Shown one piece after another: positions 8,356 through 17,058 of a stretch of 64,000 nt of DNA (positions are counted from its first letter, which is position 1; every line of letters starts with the position of its first letter). Source of the DNA: a virus; the IMG/VR virus record IMGVR_UViG_3300027917_000039. The stretch is one strand, 5' to 3'. Under the pieces are notes generated by a model. The model did not search any database. It was not told the origin of the DNA and saw nothing but the letters and a program-made list of their open reading frames with translations. Both the position numbers and the translations under genes were made by a program.

Positions 8356-8684
8356 TTAATGTACTCTGGCTCGCCTCCACTTACCGTCGGTGCAGAGTAC
8401 ATAGGGTTCCAGTTTGCCGGTGTGCCAGTTGAGCACCCAGCAGATGGTGGGCTGACCCTCAATGCCGGGGAGTGCCATCGCGTGGGGCTGTCGAAGATCG
8501 GGTTGTACGGAGGTTTGTTGATCCCCGTCAGCCCGCTCGACCTGATCGGTCGTGGTGTCACATCCACCGCATAGACTTGCCCGCGATAGTTCCGCAGGAC
8601 ATACGTTCGCGGGTGATCGGCTAAGACGCTTGCACACCCAGCAAACAAGAACAAACAACCAACGAACCACGGTGGAACCCTCAT
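8356..8684 (-). CDS. putative lipoprotein, frame ambiguous (possible frameshift)
   Basis: MRVPPWFVGCLFLFAGC looks like a signal peptide with lipobox. Downstream, protein-like sequence continues in another frame (…PTICWVLNWHTGKLEPYVLCTDGKWRRARVH, stop at 8356) while the original frame turns P/S-rich and junk-like. Confidence 0.3.
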
Positions 8685-8863
8685 GCTTGCTCCGGCTTCA
8701 GGATGCCCTCAACGGGCAGACATGCTTCGACCAAGGCGTCCTTGTCCTTGCTCTTGGCTTCACGGTACGGCAACACATTCTTCTGCGTCGCCAACGAGAT
8801 CAGTTGGGCTCGCGTGAGTTTCTCCAACTGATGTTTCAGGTTCTTGCGTGCCTTGGCGGTCAT
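8681..8863 (-). CDS. hypothetical small protein
   Basis: 60-aa ORF, tightly packed and stop-start coupled with its neighbours. Confidence 0.35.
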   Translation of the reverse strand: MTAKARKNLKHQLEKLTRAQLISLATQKNVLPYREAKSKDKDALVEACLPVEGILKPEQA

Positions 8864-9255
8864 CGCCCGTTCTCCAGTGCTACGAATTTGGCTTGCTGGT
8901 AGGACGTTGGGATGAACAACACGTCACCCAACGGATGCCCCTCACCAGCAGGACGCCATGAAAGTGTAATCTCTTTGTCATCCCACAACCCGCCGATCGA
9001 CAGCCTCACGCCCGCCGATTCGATCTCCAGTCGGTCGCAGTCGAAGTAGCGAATCACCTCGGTCGGACCTTTACGCTCTCCAAGCGACTCGAAGTCAGAC
9101 TCCCAAACCTTGGTTGGCGTCTGGTCGTCTTCCAGTTTCCTCATCACCTTGAGGGCTGTCTCGCGCTCCCGCTCCAGGTCTCGAATGTATTCCTGTGCGT
9201 ACTTCGGGAGTCGCTTGAACTGCTCTTCGGTTATCTGTGTGTTTGGTGTTCCCAT
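8860..9255 (-). CDS. hypothetical protein
   Basis: 131-aa ORF upstream-coupled to the exonuclease gene. Confidence 0.45.
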   Translation of the reverse strand: MGTPNTQITEEQFKRLPKYAQEYIRDLERERETALKVMRKLEDDQTPTKVWESDFESLGERKGPTEVIRYFDCDRLEIESAGVRLSIGGLWDDKEITLSWRPAGEGHPLGDVLFIPTSYQQAKFVALENGR

Positions 9256-9256
9256 T

Positions 9257-9829
9257 TCAAGTTCCCAGGAATGAAGCCCCTTCCAATCCCCACGCCGCGC
9301 GAGCCAGAGCTAGAGTCACACGGGCGTCGTACAACGCATTGTGTGCTCTACCAGGGATGCCGTGAAACCCCGCCAGCTTATCGCATACGTCTCCATACCC
9401 GCTCATCCCATCAGGAGTCGCCAGCAGAGAGTTGACATCCAGCATCCGATGATGAAACCGCTGGATCGGGAAACAGTCGAGCCGCTTCAGGAATTGCATA
9501 TCGAAGCTGCCGACGTTCTTCCCCATCGCGTGCAGCGGACCTGTCGGAGCGTTCTGATCCAACCAGATGATGAATCGCTCACACGGGCTGCCGAAGACCG
9601 GAGTCGACCAGCTATGAGCCTGACTTTCGGCGATCTGTAACAACAAATCGGCGTTCATGTGCAAGGCGTAGGCGTCGCCGACGATTTTCTTGCCAGGGTC
9701 GAGGACACAAGACCAGTAAGGGCAATCCATGATAGACTTGTCTCTCACGTCCATCACGAAAGCCACTTCCAGAATCTGGTGCTTCTCAGGGTCCAAGCCG
9801 GTTGTCTCAATGTCGAGCGAGCAGTACAT
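9257..9829 (-). CDS. DEDDh 3'-5' exonuclease (DnaQ-like)
   Basis: Exo I LDIETTGLD, Exo II GKNVGSFDMQFL, Exo III HNALYDARV. Confidence 0.75.
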   Translation of the reverse strand: MYCSLDIETTGLDPEKHQILEVAFVMDVRDKSIMDCPYWSCVLDPGKKIVGDAYALHMNADLLLQIAESQAHSWSTPVFGSPCERFIIWLDQNAPTGPLHAMGKNVGSFDMQFLKRLDCFPIQRFHHRMLDVNSLLATPDGMSGYGDVCDKLAGFHGIPGRAHNALYDARVTLALARAAWGLEGASFLGT

Positions 9830-9936
9830 TAGGATCTCCAGTGTGCGTGTGTGTTTAGTTATCAGGAGTCAGCGGGTCTGCAAACACCGCCTCGCCGCAT
9901 TGCAGTACGACCGGGCTGACTTGCCCGCTCCCGAAG

Positions 9937-10008
9937 CTGTGGAGGCTGGACTCGAACCAGCAACAGTCCGGTTAACAGCCGGATACTCTACCATTGAGTT
10001 ACTCCACA
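9937..10008 (-). tRNA. tRNA-Asn (anticodon GTT)
   Basis: Hand-folded cloverleaf: acceptor TGTGGAG/CTCCACA, D-arm ACTC-AATGGTA-GAGT, anticodon arm TCCGG-CTGTTAA-CCGGA, T-arm GCTGG-TTCGAGT-CCAGC, discriminator G, U8 A14 G18G19 U33 A37 present. No encoded CCA. Confidence 0.85.
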
Positions 10009-10067
10009 GTAACCGAGGGGGTGGGAAATCAACCCAGCTTTATCTGACCTTGCATCAGCCTCGGTAA

Positions 10068-10135
10068 GCTGCCCGCCCGGAGTCGAACCGGCGTCCCCGC
10101 TAGGGGTAGGATTATTGCCTGTCACCCGCGAGCAG
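10068..10135 (-). other. degenerate tRNA-like element (good T-arm and acceptor, no canonical anticodon arm)
   Basis: GCCGG-TTCGACT-CCGGG T-arm consensus plus a 7-bp acceptor pairing CTGCTCG/CGGGCAG, but only about 38 nt between them. D and anticodon arms cannot both be formed. Confidence 0.25.
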
Positions 10136-10157
10136 CGTGTTGGGTTTTACCAACGCT

Positions 10158-10331
10158 TCATGATGTCACCTCATCTTCTGAGTCCCAGCGTTTCTTGATG
10201 TTGACAAGCCTCGTGACTTGAGACTCAGTTAGGTCGACCACTTTCATGTTGCCGATCAATTCGGTGGCGAGGTTCTCTGCTTCAAAGTCGCCTTCGACAA
10301 CTGCCGCGATCAAGATTTCATTGAGCCTCAT
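10158..10331 (-). CDS. hypothetical small protein
   Basis: Start at MRLNE with GAAAGGG 7 nt upstream. The GTG at 10346 lies inside the promoter -10. Confidence 0.4.
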   Translation of the reverse strand: MRLNEILIAAVVEGDFEAENLATELIGNMKVVDLTESQVTRLVNIKKRWDSEDEVTS

Positions 10332-10351
10332 CGTCAACCCTTTCACTATTA

Positions 10352-10380
10352 AGTCTACCCCACAACCAGGGTCAGGTCAA
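10352..10380 (-). promoter_or_regulatory. phage early promoter copy 2: TTGACC-N17-GGGTAGACT
   Basis: Minus-strand read CCTTGACC-TGACCCTGGTTGTGGGG-TAGACT-TAATAGTGAAAGGGTTGACG-ATG. Confidence 0.5.
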
Positions 10381-10390
10381 GGAAATTCTC

Positions 10391-10780
10391 TCAGATCAGT
10401 CGGATATTCCTCAGAATTTCCCCGATTTCCTCACGCACCCGCCCGACACGCGCTTCATGTGCTGTCAGCATTTCGAGCAGGACTTCCAGCTTCCGCTGGC
10501 TGAACTTCCGGTAGATTTCCGGCTTGCCTTCCTTGGTGTTCAGTAGCTCATCCAATCTGAGCAGGGCGGTGTTGACATCGCTCGCCTGCTTAGTCACGTC
10601 CGCGTGCCCGTCAGACATCAGGTCGATAACGGCTTTCAGGTTCTTTCGGTTCACTGAGTTCGGCACTTTTGGTCCCCTTTCAACATAGTGGTCGTCGCCA
10701 TGACCAGCGAGGCAGTTAAAGTCGTACTGGTAGTTTGCGCAGGTCTCACATGGACCTGAGCACGAACTGAACATCTTCAT
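10391..10780 (-). CDS. hypothetical protein with N-terminal Cys cluster
   Basis: CSGPCETCANYQYDFNC followed by a helical region. Confidence 0.45.
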   Translation of the reverse strand: MKMFSSCSGPCETCANYQYDFNCLAGHGDDHYVERGPKVPNSVNRKNLKAVIDLMSDGHADVTKQASDVNTALLRLDELLNTKEGKPEIYRKFSQRKLEVLLEMLTAHEARVGRVREEIGEILRNIRLI

Positions 10781-11046
10781 TCCAAGTGCTTCCCCAGGCA
10801 GCGGCGGACCAACTCCATCGCCCCGTCGTCCCGCCAGTGTTTCAATTTCACCGTCTTATGCGGCGGCTCCGGTCCGTTCTGGTCGGTCTTGATCCTGCTC
10901 ACGTAATTGCCGACGTTGCCGGTCTCCACCTTCTTCAAGCCGATCTCAATGGTTCCGATGACACGCTTGCAATCTTCCATGCCGTGCGGCACAAGTTCAA
11001 CAGTCACTCGCAACATCAGGCGGCGTCCTTTCCGTAGTTCTCCCAC
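10777..11046 (-). CDS. hypothetical protein
   Basis: 89-aa ORF, stop-start coupled. Confidence 0.4.
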   Translation of the reverse strand: MGELRKGRRLMLRVTVELVPHGMEDCKRVIGTIEIGLKKVETGNVGNYVSRIKTDQNGPEPPHKTVKLKHWRDDGAMELVRRCLGKHLE

Positions 11047-11636
11047 CAGAGGGGCTCCTTCTTGAAGTCTTCAATGTCCACGAAGTCGGTGATCCGGACC
11101 TGTTCCTTGCTGCTGTGCAGCACGTTCTTCCGGTTGCAAATCACGAACTCGCTGCACGTCGCCAGCCCGTTGTAGAAGTCAAACCCCTTCTGCGTGACGT
11201 AGTAGTGCGACTCAGGCTTGCCCTCCGGACGCCCAAGCAGCCCGAAGTGAACGAGGTAGCTGTAGTTCGTGGAGAACCCACGAGCACCCCGCTTGGGCGT
11301 CACCTTTGGGAAGTCGTCAGGGTACTTGAACTCGTGCTTGTGCTTGACCATTGTGAGTTGGCACAGGGAGATCAGAAGGATCACGCTCGCCGTCTCCAGC
11401 GTGTGTCTGTTGGAGCCCTCTGGACGGCGGGTGAGTGGGTCAAAGAACTTGTCGCGGGAACGGAGAACGACGTTTACGAATCGCAACATCTCTTGCACGT
11501 CGTTGCCAAGGTACTCCCACACGGTGTACTGTTTGCCTTCCTCTTTGATGCGGACGAGTTCCTTCGGGATTCCCGCCGTCACAAAGTCCGCGATGCTCAG
11601 CCGTTCCAAGATGTTCATGTTGCTGCCTTTCTGCAA
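11016..11636 (-). CDS. hypothetical protein
   Basis: 206-aa ORF. Upstream intergenic region has TTGACA-N16/17-CATACT and GAAAGG before the ATG. Confidence 0.45.
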   Translation of the reverse strand: MQKGSNMNILERLSIADFVTAGIPKELVRIKEEGKQYTVWEYLGNDVQEMLRFVNVVLRSRDKFFDPLTRRPEGSNRHTLETASVILLISLCQLTMVKHKHEFKYPDDFPKVTPKRGARGFSTNYSYLVHFGLLGRPEGKPESHYYVTQKGFDFYNGLATCSEFVICNRKNVLHSSKEQVRITDFVDIEDFKKEPLWWENYGKDAA

Positions 11637-11681
11637 ATCGAGTTTCGTTCTATCTCAAGTATGACACCAATCTCCACATTG

Positions 11682-11921
11682 TCAAACCATTTTCTCAATT
11701 TCGTGGCATTTCGATGATCCACGTTCAAATTCTCCAAACATTACTTCTACCGGATAACCCTCTTCCCTGGACAATTCCCACCAAACATCCAGACATTCCG
11801 GATGGCACTTGACAGTCATCAGTTCCCCGTCTTCCCAAGTCCCCTTCTCAATCCGTTCACCACACCACCAGCACCTGTGGTCCTTGCGGCATTTCTTGAT
11901 AGTAACGGTGCTCTCTTGCAT
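11682..11921 (-). CDS. small zinc-ribbon protein
   Basis: CRKDHRCWWCGER...VKCHPEC. Start at MQESTV overlaps the polymerase stop (TGATG). Confidence 0.45.
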   Translation of the reverse strand: MQESTVTIKKCRKDHRCWWCGERIEKGTWEDGELMTVKCHPECLDVWWELSREEGYPVEVMFGEFERGSSKCHEIEKMV

Positions 11922-14521
11922 CAGATCAAATCCTCCAGGGAAGACACGTCCGGGCACGGGTCCGGCTCTTCGTCAAGTTCTTCGAGTTCGCTGATGTCGA
12001 TTGGCTCAACGTACGGGGAGTCCTTGTCATCAGCGTTCCAGCCCTCGATGCCGTGCGGGCTGATCTTCACGTCTAGGTCAGAACCGCCGCCCTTCTTGCC
12101 CGCCCAATCCAACATGGACTTGACCCAATCCATTCCAATCAGCGGCACTTTGTCACGAAACGATTCAACTACCTCCACGACCACAGCGGTGACAGCGTCG
12201 ATCATCCACTTGGCGGTGACACTGAGCACTTCGTCGTGGACATTCATCGGGGCGACCAACCACTCGTGGACACCAGCAGGCTGCAAGTCCCATATCTTCC
12301 TCTGCAACTGCTTCGTGATCATTGCTCCAGGGGATTGGATGAGATGGTTGTTGGCAGCCCGGATGGTTGAGGCTTGGATTTGGAAGGCAGCACCGTAAAG
12401 GGCAGAAGAGACCGCTCCGGCGGGAGTCTGCGTTCGATCGCGTCGCACAACCTCAAAGTCGAGACGACGCCAAGGCTTTGGCACGTTGGTAGCCAGATCA
12501 TACAGTGCCTTGGCTATCCGGTTTTCGAGTGTGAAATACCGGCGGAAGCCCAGGAAGGTCTCGACATACTCGGCGGGTTCCTTGTAGGTAATGTGTCCGG
12601 TCCCGACTTCCCCGTGCTGCTTGAGAGCAGAGAAGTCTTCGGCGATCTTCTCGCGGGTTTCCTTGATGCCGGGGTACTCGTTCTGGAAATCGTCGAACGC
12701 CTTCTCAGCGATCTTCTTGGGGATGGACAACTTCTTGTTGATCGTGTTGGCGTCGCCTCCGTACAGCGTGGCAAACACAGCCTGCTTGCCACGAGTGTAC
12801 ATATCAATGTCGCCGCCGTCGGCGAATCCCTTCGACGCCTTGATCTGGTCGCGTGTCTTCTCCGGGTAAATCTTCTCAGCCATCAGGGTGTGGATCGAGA
12901 TGCCCGCCAGCAAGTTCTCGTGCAGCTTCTTGTCACCGAACACCGCGTCGGCGATCGTCACCTCGAACCCGTCGAAGTCCCCGCCGCATAGTTCCATGTC
13001 ACCCCACTTGAGCGGGAACGACCCACGCACTTCCTTGCTGCCTTTGATCCCTTGAGCGTTCAGTCCCTCACCACCCGCCATTCTGCTGGACAGAGTCCCG
13101 ATGACTTTGAACGCCGCGTGGAACCTGCCCGCGATGATGAGTTTCTCATACAGTTCAACTTCCTTTGCAGCAGCCTTGCATTTAAGGATTTCGTCTGCCC
13201 GTCTGGAAGCAAGAGTCGGACCTTCGGGTAGGAATCCTCTTCCTTCGCAACGGGGGCACTGTCCCGTCGTCTCTTCGCCAGTACCCAAGCAACGTATACA
13301 CATCTCGCCGCCAAGGTCGTGATCAAAATCGTCACTCCCGCTGTCCACAACGAATTCTGCACGTATCTTCTCCAGGTTGGCTTTCTTGGTTGACTTGTCG
13401 ATGAGCGTGGCTTCTGACTCATCCATCACTTCACGAATGTATGCCTTCACCTGAGAAGGCTTGTTGATGTTTACTGGGGATGCCTCAAGCACCGACTTGG
13501 ATTCTCGCAGAAGCCCGGTGACTTTCTCAGTATCAACGACAAATCCATGCCAGCGTACGGCTGCCACCATGCAGGAGAGCACCGAGTCGTTATCATCGGC
13601 TTCAGGGAATCCGAAGTATTCGTCGAGCAGTCGTGTATATGTAACGTCGTCTCGTGCGTATCGTCGCGCCTCTTCATTCGTTCTCCAATGCTCAATGTCG
13701 TAGTGAATCAGGGCTGGCCACGCAAAGCCCTTGAGTTTGTGGTTCTTGTCATAGACTTTCCAATCTTGCGCCCTCGTGGCGACGGCGAGAGCGAACGGAG
13801 CAAAGCCCAACTCAGCCAGCTTCATCCCTTCGCGCGTAGGGTACACGTCCTTGAACGAGTGGAACTCAGGGTCCAATCCAAGGCAGTTCTCGGCAAGATA
13901 CTTCAACCCGCGAGCGGGTTTGAACTTCAGAACAACGTCCTTGAAGTTCGGATCGACTTGGTCTTCCTTGCCCTTCTTGATTCGATCGTAGACACCCCAC
14001 TTCGGGGCGTTTGGGTTCTTCCGCCCTGCGAACAGGATGCCGTCGAACTCGATCAGTCCTTCCAGGTGCCGCTGCAATGGTGCTGCCAGAGCGGTCGGAA
14101 CCTTGGTGACGCGGACATCGTGCCGCGACATCAGGGTCTGGAACTGCCCCTTCCGGCTGTGCATCATGAGGCACATCACGCTCTTCGGCTTCACGCAAGG
14201 ACCGTCACGCGCATCCCTCTCGGCTTCTGCCAGTTGACAGGGTGACAGGGTGGACGGGACGACGTTGCCGTGCCGCTCCAGTATGACTCGCCACATCGTG
14301 TAAATCTTGCAGATGTGAAACCAGTCATACGTCGCGTTGAAGAACACGCACGTCCCGGTGCAGAAACGCTCGATCAGGTCGAGCGTCTCTTGCACGGGGA
14401 CATCCCAGAGATTGTGTAGGTGCTCTTCCCCATCTTCGTACGCCCACTGGATCAGGGTAGCCAACCCGTGGTATCCGCACGTCTCGGTGTCGATGTAGAA
14501 AGCGCTCTTACGAAATCTCAA
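11921..14521 (-). CDS. family A DNA polymerase with N-terminal 3'-5' exonuclease and an inserted DnaJ-type zinc finger
   Basis: Exo YIDTETCG. Pol motif A DFDGFEVTI, motif B RGKQAVFATLYGG, motif C VHDEVLSV. Insertion CIRCLGTGEETTGQCPRCEGRG. Confidence 0.85.
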   Translation of the reverse strand: MRFRKSAFYIDTETCGYHGLATLIQWAYEDGEEHLHNLWDVPVQETLDLIERFCTGTCVFFNATYDWFHICKIYTMWRVILERHGNVVPSTLSPCQLAEAERDARDGPCVKPKSVMCLMMHSRKGQFQTLMSRHDVRVTKVPTALAAPLQRHLEGLIEFDGILFAGRKNPNAPKWGVYDRIKKGKEDQVDPNFKDVVLKFKPARGLKYLAENCLGLDPEFHSFKDVYPTREGMKLAELGFAPFALAVATRAQDWKVYDKNHKLKGFAWPALIHYDIEHWRTNEEARRYARDDVTYTRLLDEYFGFPEADDNDSVLSCMVAAVRWHGFVVDTEKVTGLLRESKSVLEASPVNINKPSQVKAYIREVMDESEATLIDKSTKKANLEKIRAEFVVDSGSDDFDHDLGGEMCIRCLGTGEETTGQCPRCEGRGFLPEGPTLASRRADEILKCKAAAKEVELYEKLIIAGRFHAAFKVIGTLSSRMAGGEGLNAQGIKGSKEVRGSFPLKWGDMELCGGDFDGFEVTIADAVFGDKKLHENLLAGISIHTLMAEKIYPEKTRDQIKASKGFADGGDIDMYTRGKQAVFATLYGGDANTINKKLSIPKKIAEKAFDDFQNEYPGIKETREKIAEDFSALKQHGEVGTGHITYKEPAEYVETFLGFRRYFTLENRIAKALYDLATNVPKPWRRLDFEVVRRDRTQTPAGAVSSALYGAAFQIQASTIRAANNHLIQSPGAMITKQLQRKIWDLQPAGVHEWLVAPMNVHDEVLSVTAKWMIDAVTAVVVEVVESFRDKVPLIGMDWVKSMLDWAGKKGGGSDLDVKISPHGIEGWNADDKDSPYVEPIDISELEELDEEPDPCPDVSSLEDLI

Positions 14522-14712
14522 AACGACGCTCCTATCTTTGCTTCTCGGATGACACGTCGGATCATGGCAGCCCGCATACCCACAGGCACCTCTCTACCAG
14601 TGCCAGCGAAGCGTTGCAGCAGGATGGCATCCATCTTCTGCACAACAGCAGTCGCACCACCGTAGATGTAGGCATTGATGAGTGAGTCGAGTTGTCGCGA
14701 TCCAGTGTCCAT
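14518..14712 (-). CDS. hypothetical small protein
   Basis: ORF starting MDTGSRQ, coupled to the polymerase start. Confidence 0.35.
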   Translation of the reverse strand: MDTGSRQLDSLINAYIYGGATAVVQKMDAILLQRFAGTGREVPVGMRAAMIRRVIREAKIGASF

Positions 14713-14716
14713 GTTA

Positions 14717-15280
14717 CTACCAGTCCATCGAGTCGAAGTAGGCGTCTTCGTAGGCGTCAAGTTCTTCGATCGTCTTGAAGTTTTCATTCCACTTCAGGCG
14801 ACCCAACTTGAGACGCCTCTTGTCACGTTTCTTCTGTGCTCGCTTCGCACACTTCTCGCAGGGTTGGGGCGGTTCGGGCTGCGGGGTGGCGTCAATGCCG
14901 CGAACCTCCAGCGTTTGACTTACCGGGCAATACCCGACTTCAGAGACCATAACCTTGAAGGTTCTGACGACGGTCTTCCCTTTCTCTTCCGACCTGATGT
15001 ACGCAGTGTACTCAGCGGAGGGGTAAGGCTGAGCCAGTTCAGGCGGCACAGGGTAAAACGAGAAAGTAAACTCGTCTGGTCCGGTGCGTTGAAAAGCGCT
15101 CAACTCGCCTCTCGCTGTTAGCATCTGGTGAGGCACCTCAATCGTCAGATCGACGTGCTCGACGAAGTAATCAACATACGTCAAGCATCGGACCAAGTCC
15201 ACCTCTACCTTTCCGCTTTTCCACTCGCTGCCGAAAAGCCCGGAAGCAGCCATCTCAAATCGAACAATAGGTTTCGTCAT
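14717..15280 (-). CDS. hypothetical protein
   Basis: 187-aa ORF with GGAGGG before the ATG. Downstream of promoter copy 3. Confidence 0.45.
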   Translation of the reverse strand: MTKPIVRFEMAASGLFGSEWKSGKVEVDLVRCLTYVDYFVEHVDLTIEVPHQMLTARGELSAFQRTGPDEFTFSFYPVPPELAQPYPSAEYTAYIRSEEKGKTVVRTFKVMVSEVGYCPVSQTLEVRGIDATPQPEPPQPCEKCAKRAQKKRDKRRLKLGRLKWNENFKTIEELDAYEDAYFDSMDW

Positions 15281-15295
15281 TGTCCCTCCAGTAAA

Positions 15296-15324
15296 AGTCT
15301 AACTCACAGATCGCTCATAGTCAA
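15296..15324 (-). promoter_or_regulatory. phage early promoter copy 3: TTGACT-N17-TAGACT
   Basis: Minus-strand read GTGTTGACT-ATGAGCGATCTGTGAGT-TAGACT-TTTACTGGAGGGACA-ATG. The -35 lies within the 3' end of the upstream gene. Confidence 0.45.
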
Positions 15325-15972
15325 CACAGTTTCTCCGAGATAGTACACGTATGGCATCACGAAGCGGTAGCGATGCCGCGTGATGATGCGCTCGAACTGA
15401 GGGTCCAACCCTGGCCACTTCACTTCGTTGTCCGTATCAGGGTCGTAGAACAGAACGAAATCGTGACGGGGTTCGAGATGGTAGTCGAACGTGAACTCAT
15501 CGCCGTCGTCCAGCGTCTTGACGAACGGAAACAGCATCCCGTGCATCGGACCGTTGATGATCGGGTAGAAGACGTTGCCGTCCATCGCCATCAGCATGTC
15601 GACAGTTATCCTGGTTCCCTGACGAATTGCGTCGTACTGTGCAGTGAAGCGAGCCGACAGGTTGTCGTAGGTATAAAGTTTCTGAACGGCACCCCACACA
15701 GCATAGATCGGCAGTTCCCGACACTGCATGATCGGAGTCTCGTTCAGTTGCTGTGCCATCGCAATCATCGAGGGCATTAGGTGCATGTCCACAATCTCTT
15801 CCAACGACGGCAATTCAACATTGTCCGCTATCATGCACGAGCAGTAGAAATGGTTGTGGAACGGTTTTCGGGAGTCCCATTGCTCCGGGTCCGCCGGTCG
15901 AATCTCACTTGTCACCTCGTTACATAGCGAGGCGAACCCCTCCAAGAAGGCTAATTTCAAAGTGTCGATCAT
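15304..15972 (-). CDS. hypothetical protein
   Basis: 222-aa ORF with no recognised motif. Confidence 0.45.
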   Translation of the reverse strand: MIDTLKLAFLEGFASLCNEVTSEIRPADPEQWDSRKPFHNHFYCSCMIADNVELPSLEEIVDMHLMPSMIAMAQQLNETPIMQCRELPIYAVWGAVQKLYTYDNLSARFTAQYDAIRQGTRITVDMLMAMDGNVFYPIINGPMHGMLFPFVKTLDDGDEFTFDYHLEPRHDFVLFYDPDTDNEVKWPGLDPQFERIITRHRYRFVMPYVYYLGETVLTMSDL

Positions 15973-16702
15973 TGAAGAATCTCCTGGTTCGAGTGCGTAA
16001 ATGGTAACGACCAGACAGGTCGTACGGCGTGGGAACGATCACGTCGGCTGGCTCTGGTCTCAGCAGCCTTTTGTCCACCGCAATCTTCAGAACAATCGTC
16101 ACAGGTGTGAAGTAAGTGCTCCCTTCTACCGATCCCCATAGTGTACCTGCGTACCACCCACTGGCGTCGAGGATCGGTCCGCCGGAGTCTCCGCTCCGGG
16201 CTTGCGCGCCATCTACTGAGTTCCACTTGTAGCCGCCACTACCCCAACGCTTCGGTGAGAGCGTGCCCCAAGACTGTTTGAAGATTCCGTATCCGTAGCC
16301 GTTCACTGACAACTCGGCTTTTGACTCCCGCTCGAACCCCATGCGACTGAACACGAGAGGCTTGGTTGTGCGTGGGTCGTTCTCCAGCTTAATGAATGCC
16401 AAGTCATGCTCTTTGTCGGTGTGGACGACATCGCCTTTGATCACTTCCCACGACGGGAACAGAATCTCCACAGTGCGGCTCTGGCGATCCTTCACAACAT
16501 GGGCGGCAGTCACGATCAGTTGCTGCCCAAGGTACGCGCCGCTGCCTGCGCTTCGGGCTCCCTCTCCGCCTTTGTCTTTCACATGCACACGCACACACGC
16601 CGCCGGAGGGACCGACAGGTGGGGCTGCTCAATCGGCTCGCTCGCTATCGACGGCAGGCACAACACGAATCCCAGGATTGTGGCGGTCAACAGACTCCGC
16701 AT
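15920..16702 (-). CDS. secreted trypsin-like (S1) serine protease
   Basis: Signal peptide MRSLLTATILGFVLCLPSIASEP. Catalytic triad contexts TAAHVV (His), DLAFIKL (Asp), GDSGGPI (Ser). Confidence 0.65.
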   Translation of the reverse strand: MRSLLTATILGFVLCLPSIASEPIEQPHLSVPPAACVRVHVKDKGGEGARSAGSGAYLGQQLIVTAAHVVKDRQSRTVEILFPSWEVIKGDVVHTDKEHDLAFIKLENDPRTTKPLVFSRMGFERESKAELSVNGYGYGIFKQSWGTLSPKRWGSGGYKWNSVDGAQARSGDSGGPILDASGWYAGTLWGSVEGSTYFTPVTIVLKIAVDKRLLRPEPADVIVPTPYDLSGRYHLRTRTRRFFNDRHFEISLLGGVRLAM

Positions 16703-16704
16703 AA

Positions 16705-17058
16705 TTAGGTCTCCATTAACTTGTTGATGATGGTACGAAGATCACAAAGGTTTTCATCCTTGGCTTGGACGACGGCGTCCAAGTTGAGTTCTTCCTTCGG
16801 CGGGCGATACCCGGCAGCCCACAATGCCTCGAACAGATGTTGCAACGGTTTGCCGTGGCTGCGAACATCGAATCTCATGCACGGCTCGATCCTGACGCTT
16901 GGGTCATGCACCTGCATGATCACAGGCTGAGCAACGGAGACGATGTCCCCGCGACGCTCAATGATTCGCAAGTCAAATGTATCCCACGAGATGTCATAGT
17001 CGATGTGGAACGCGAAACCGTCACGGCGATCGCTGGGGTGCCACGGGCTATACGACAT
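16705..17058 (-). CDS. hypothetical protein
   Basis: Start set at MSYSPW to avoid overlap. Confidence 0.4.
   Translation of the reverse strand: MSYSPWHPSDRRDGFAFHIDYDISWDTFDLRIIERRGDIVSVAQPVIMQVHDPSVRIEPCMRFDVRSHGKPLQHLFEALWAAGYRPPKEELNLDAVVQAKDENLCDLRTIINKLMET

Noticed and set aside
10068-10135. Second canonical tRNA
   Set aside because: Cannot be folded into a cloverleaf with both D and anticodon arms. Kept only as a degenerate tRNA-like element.
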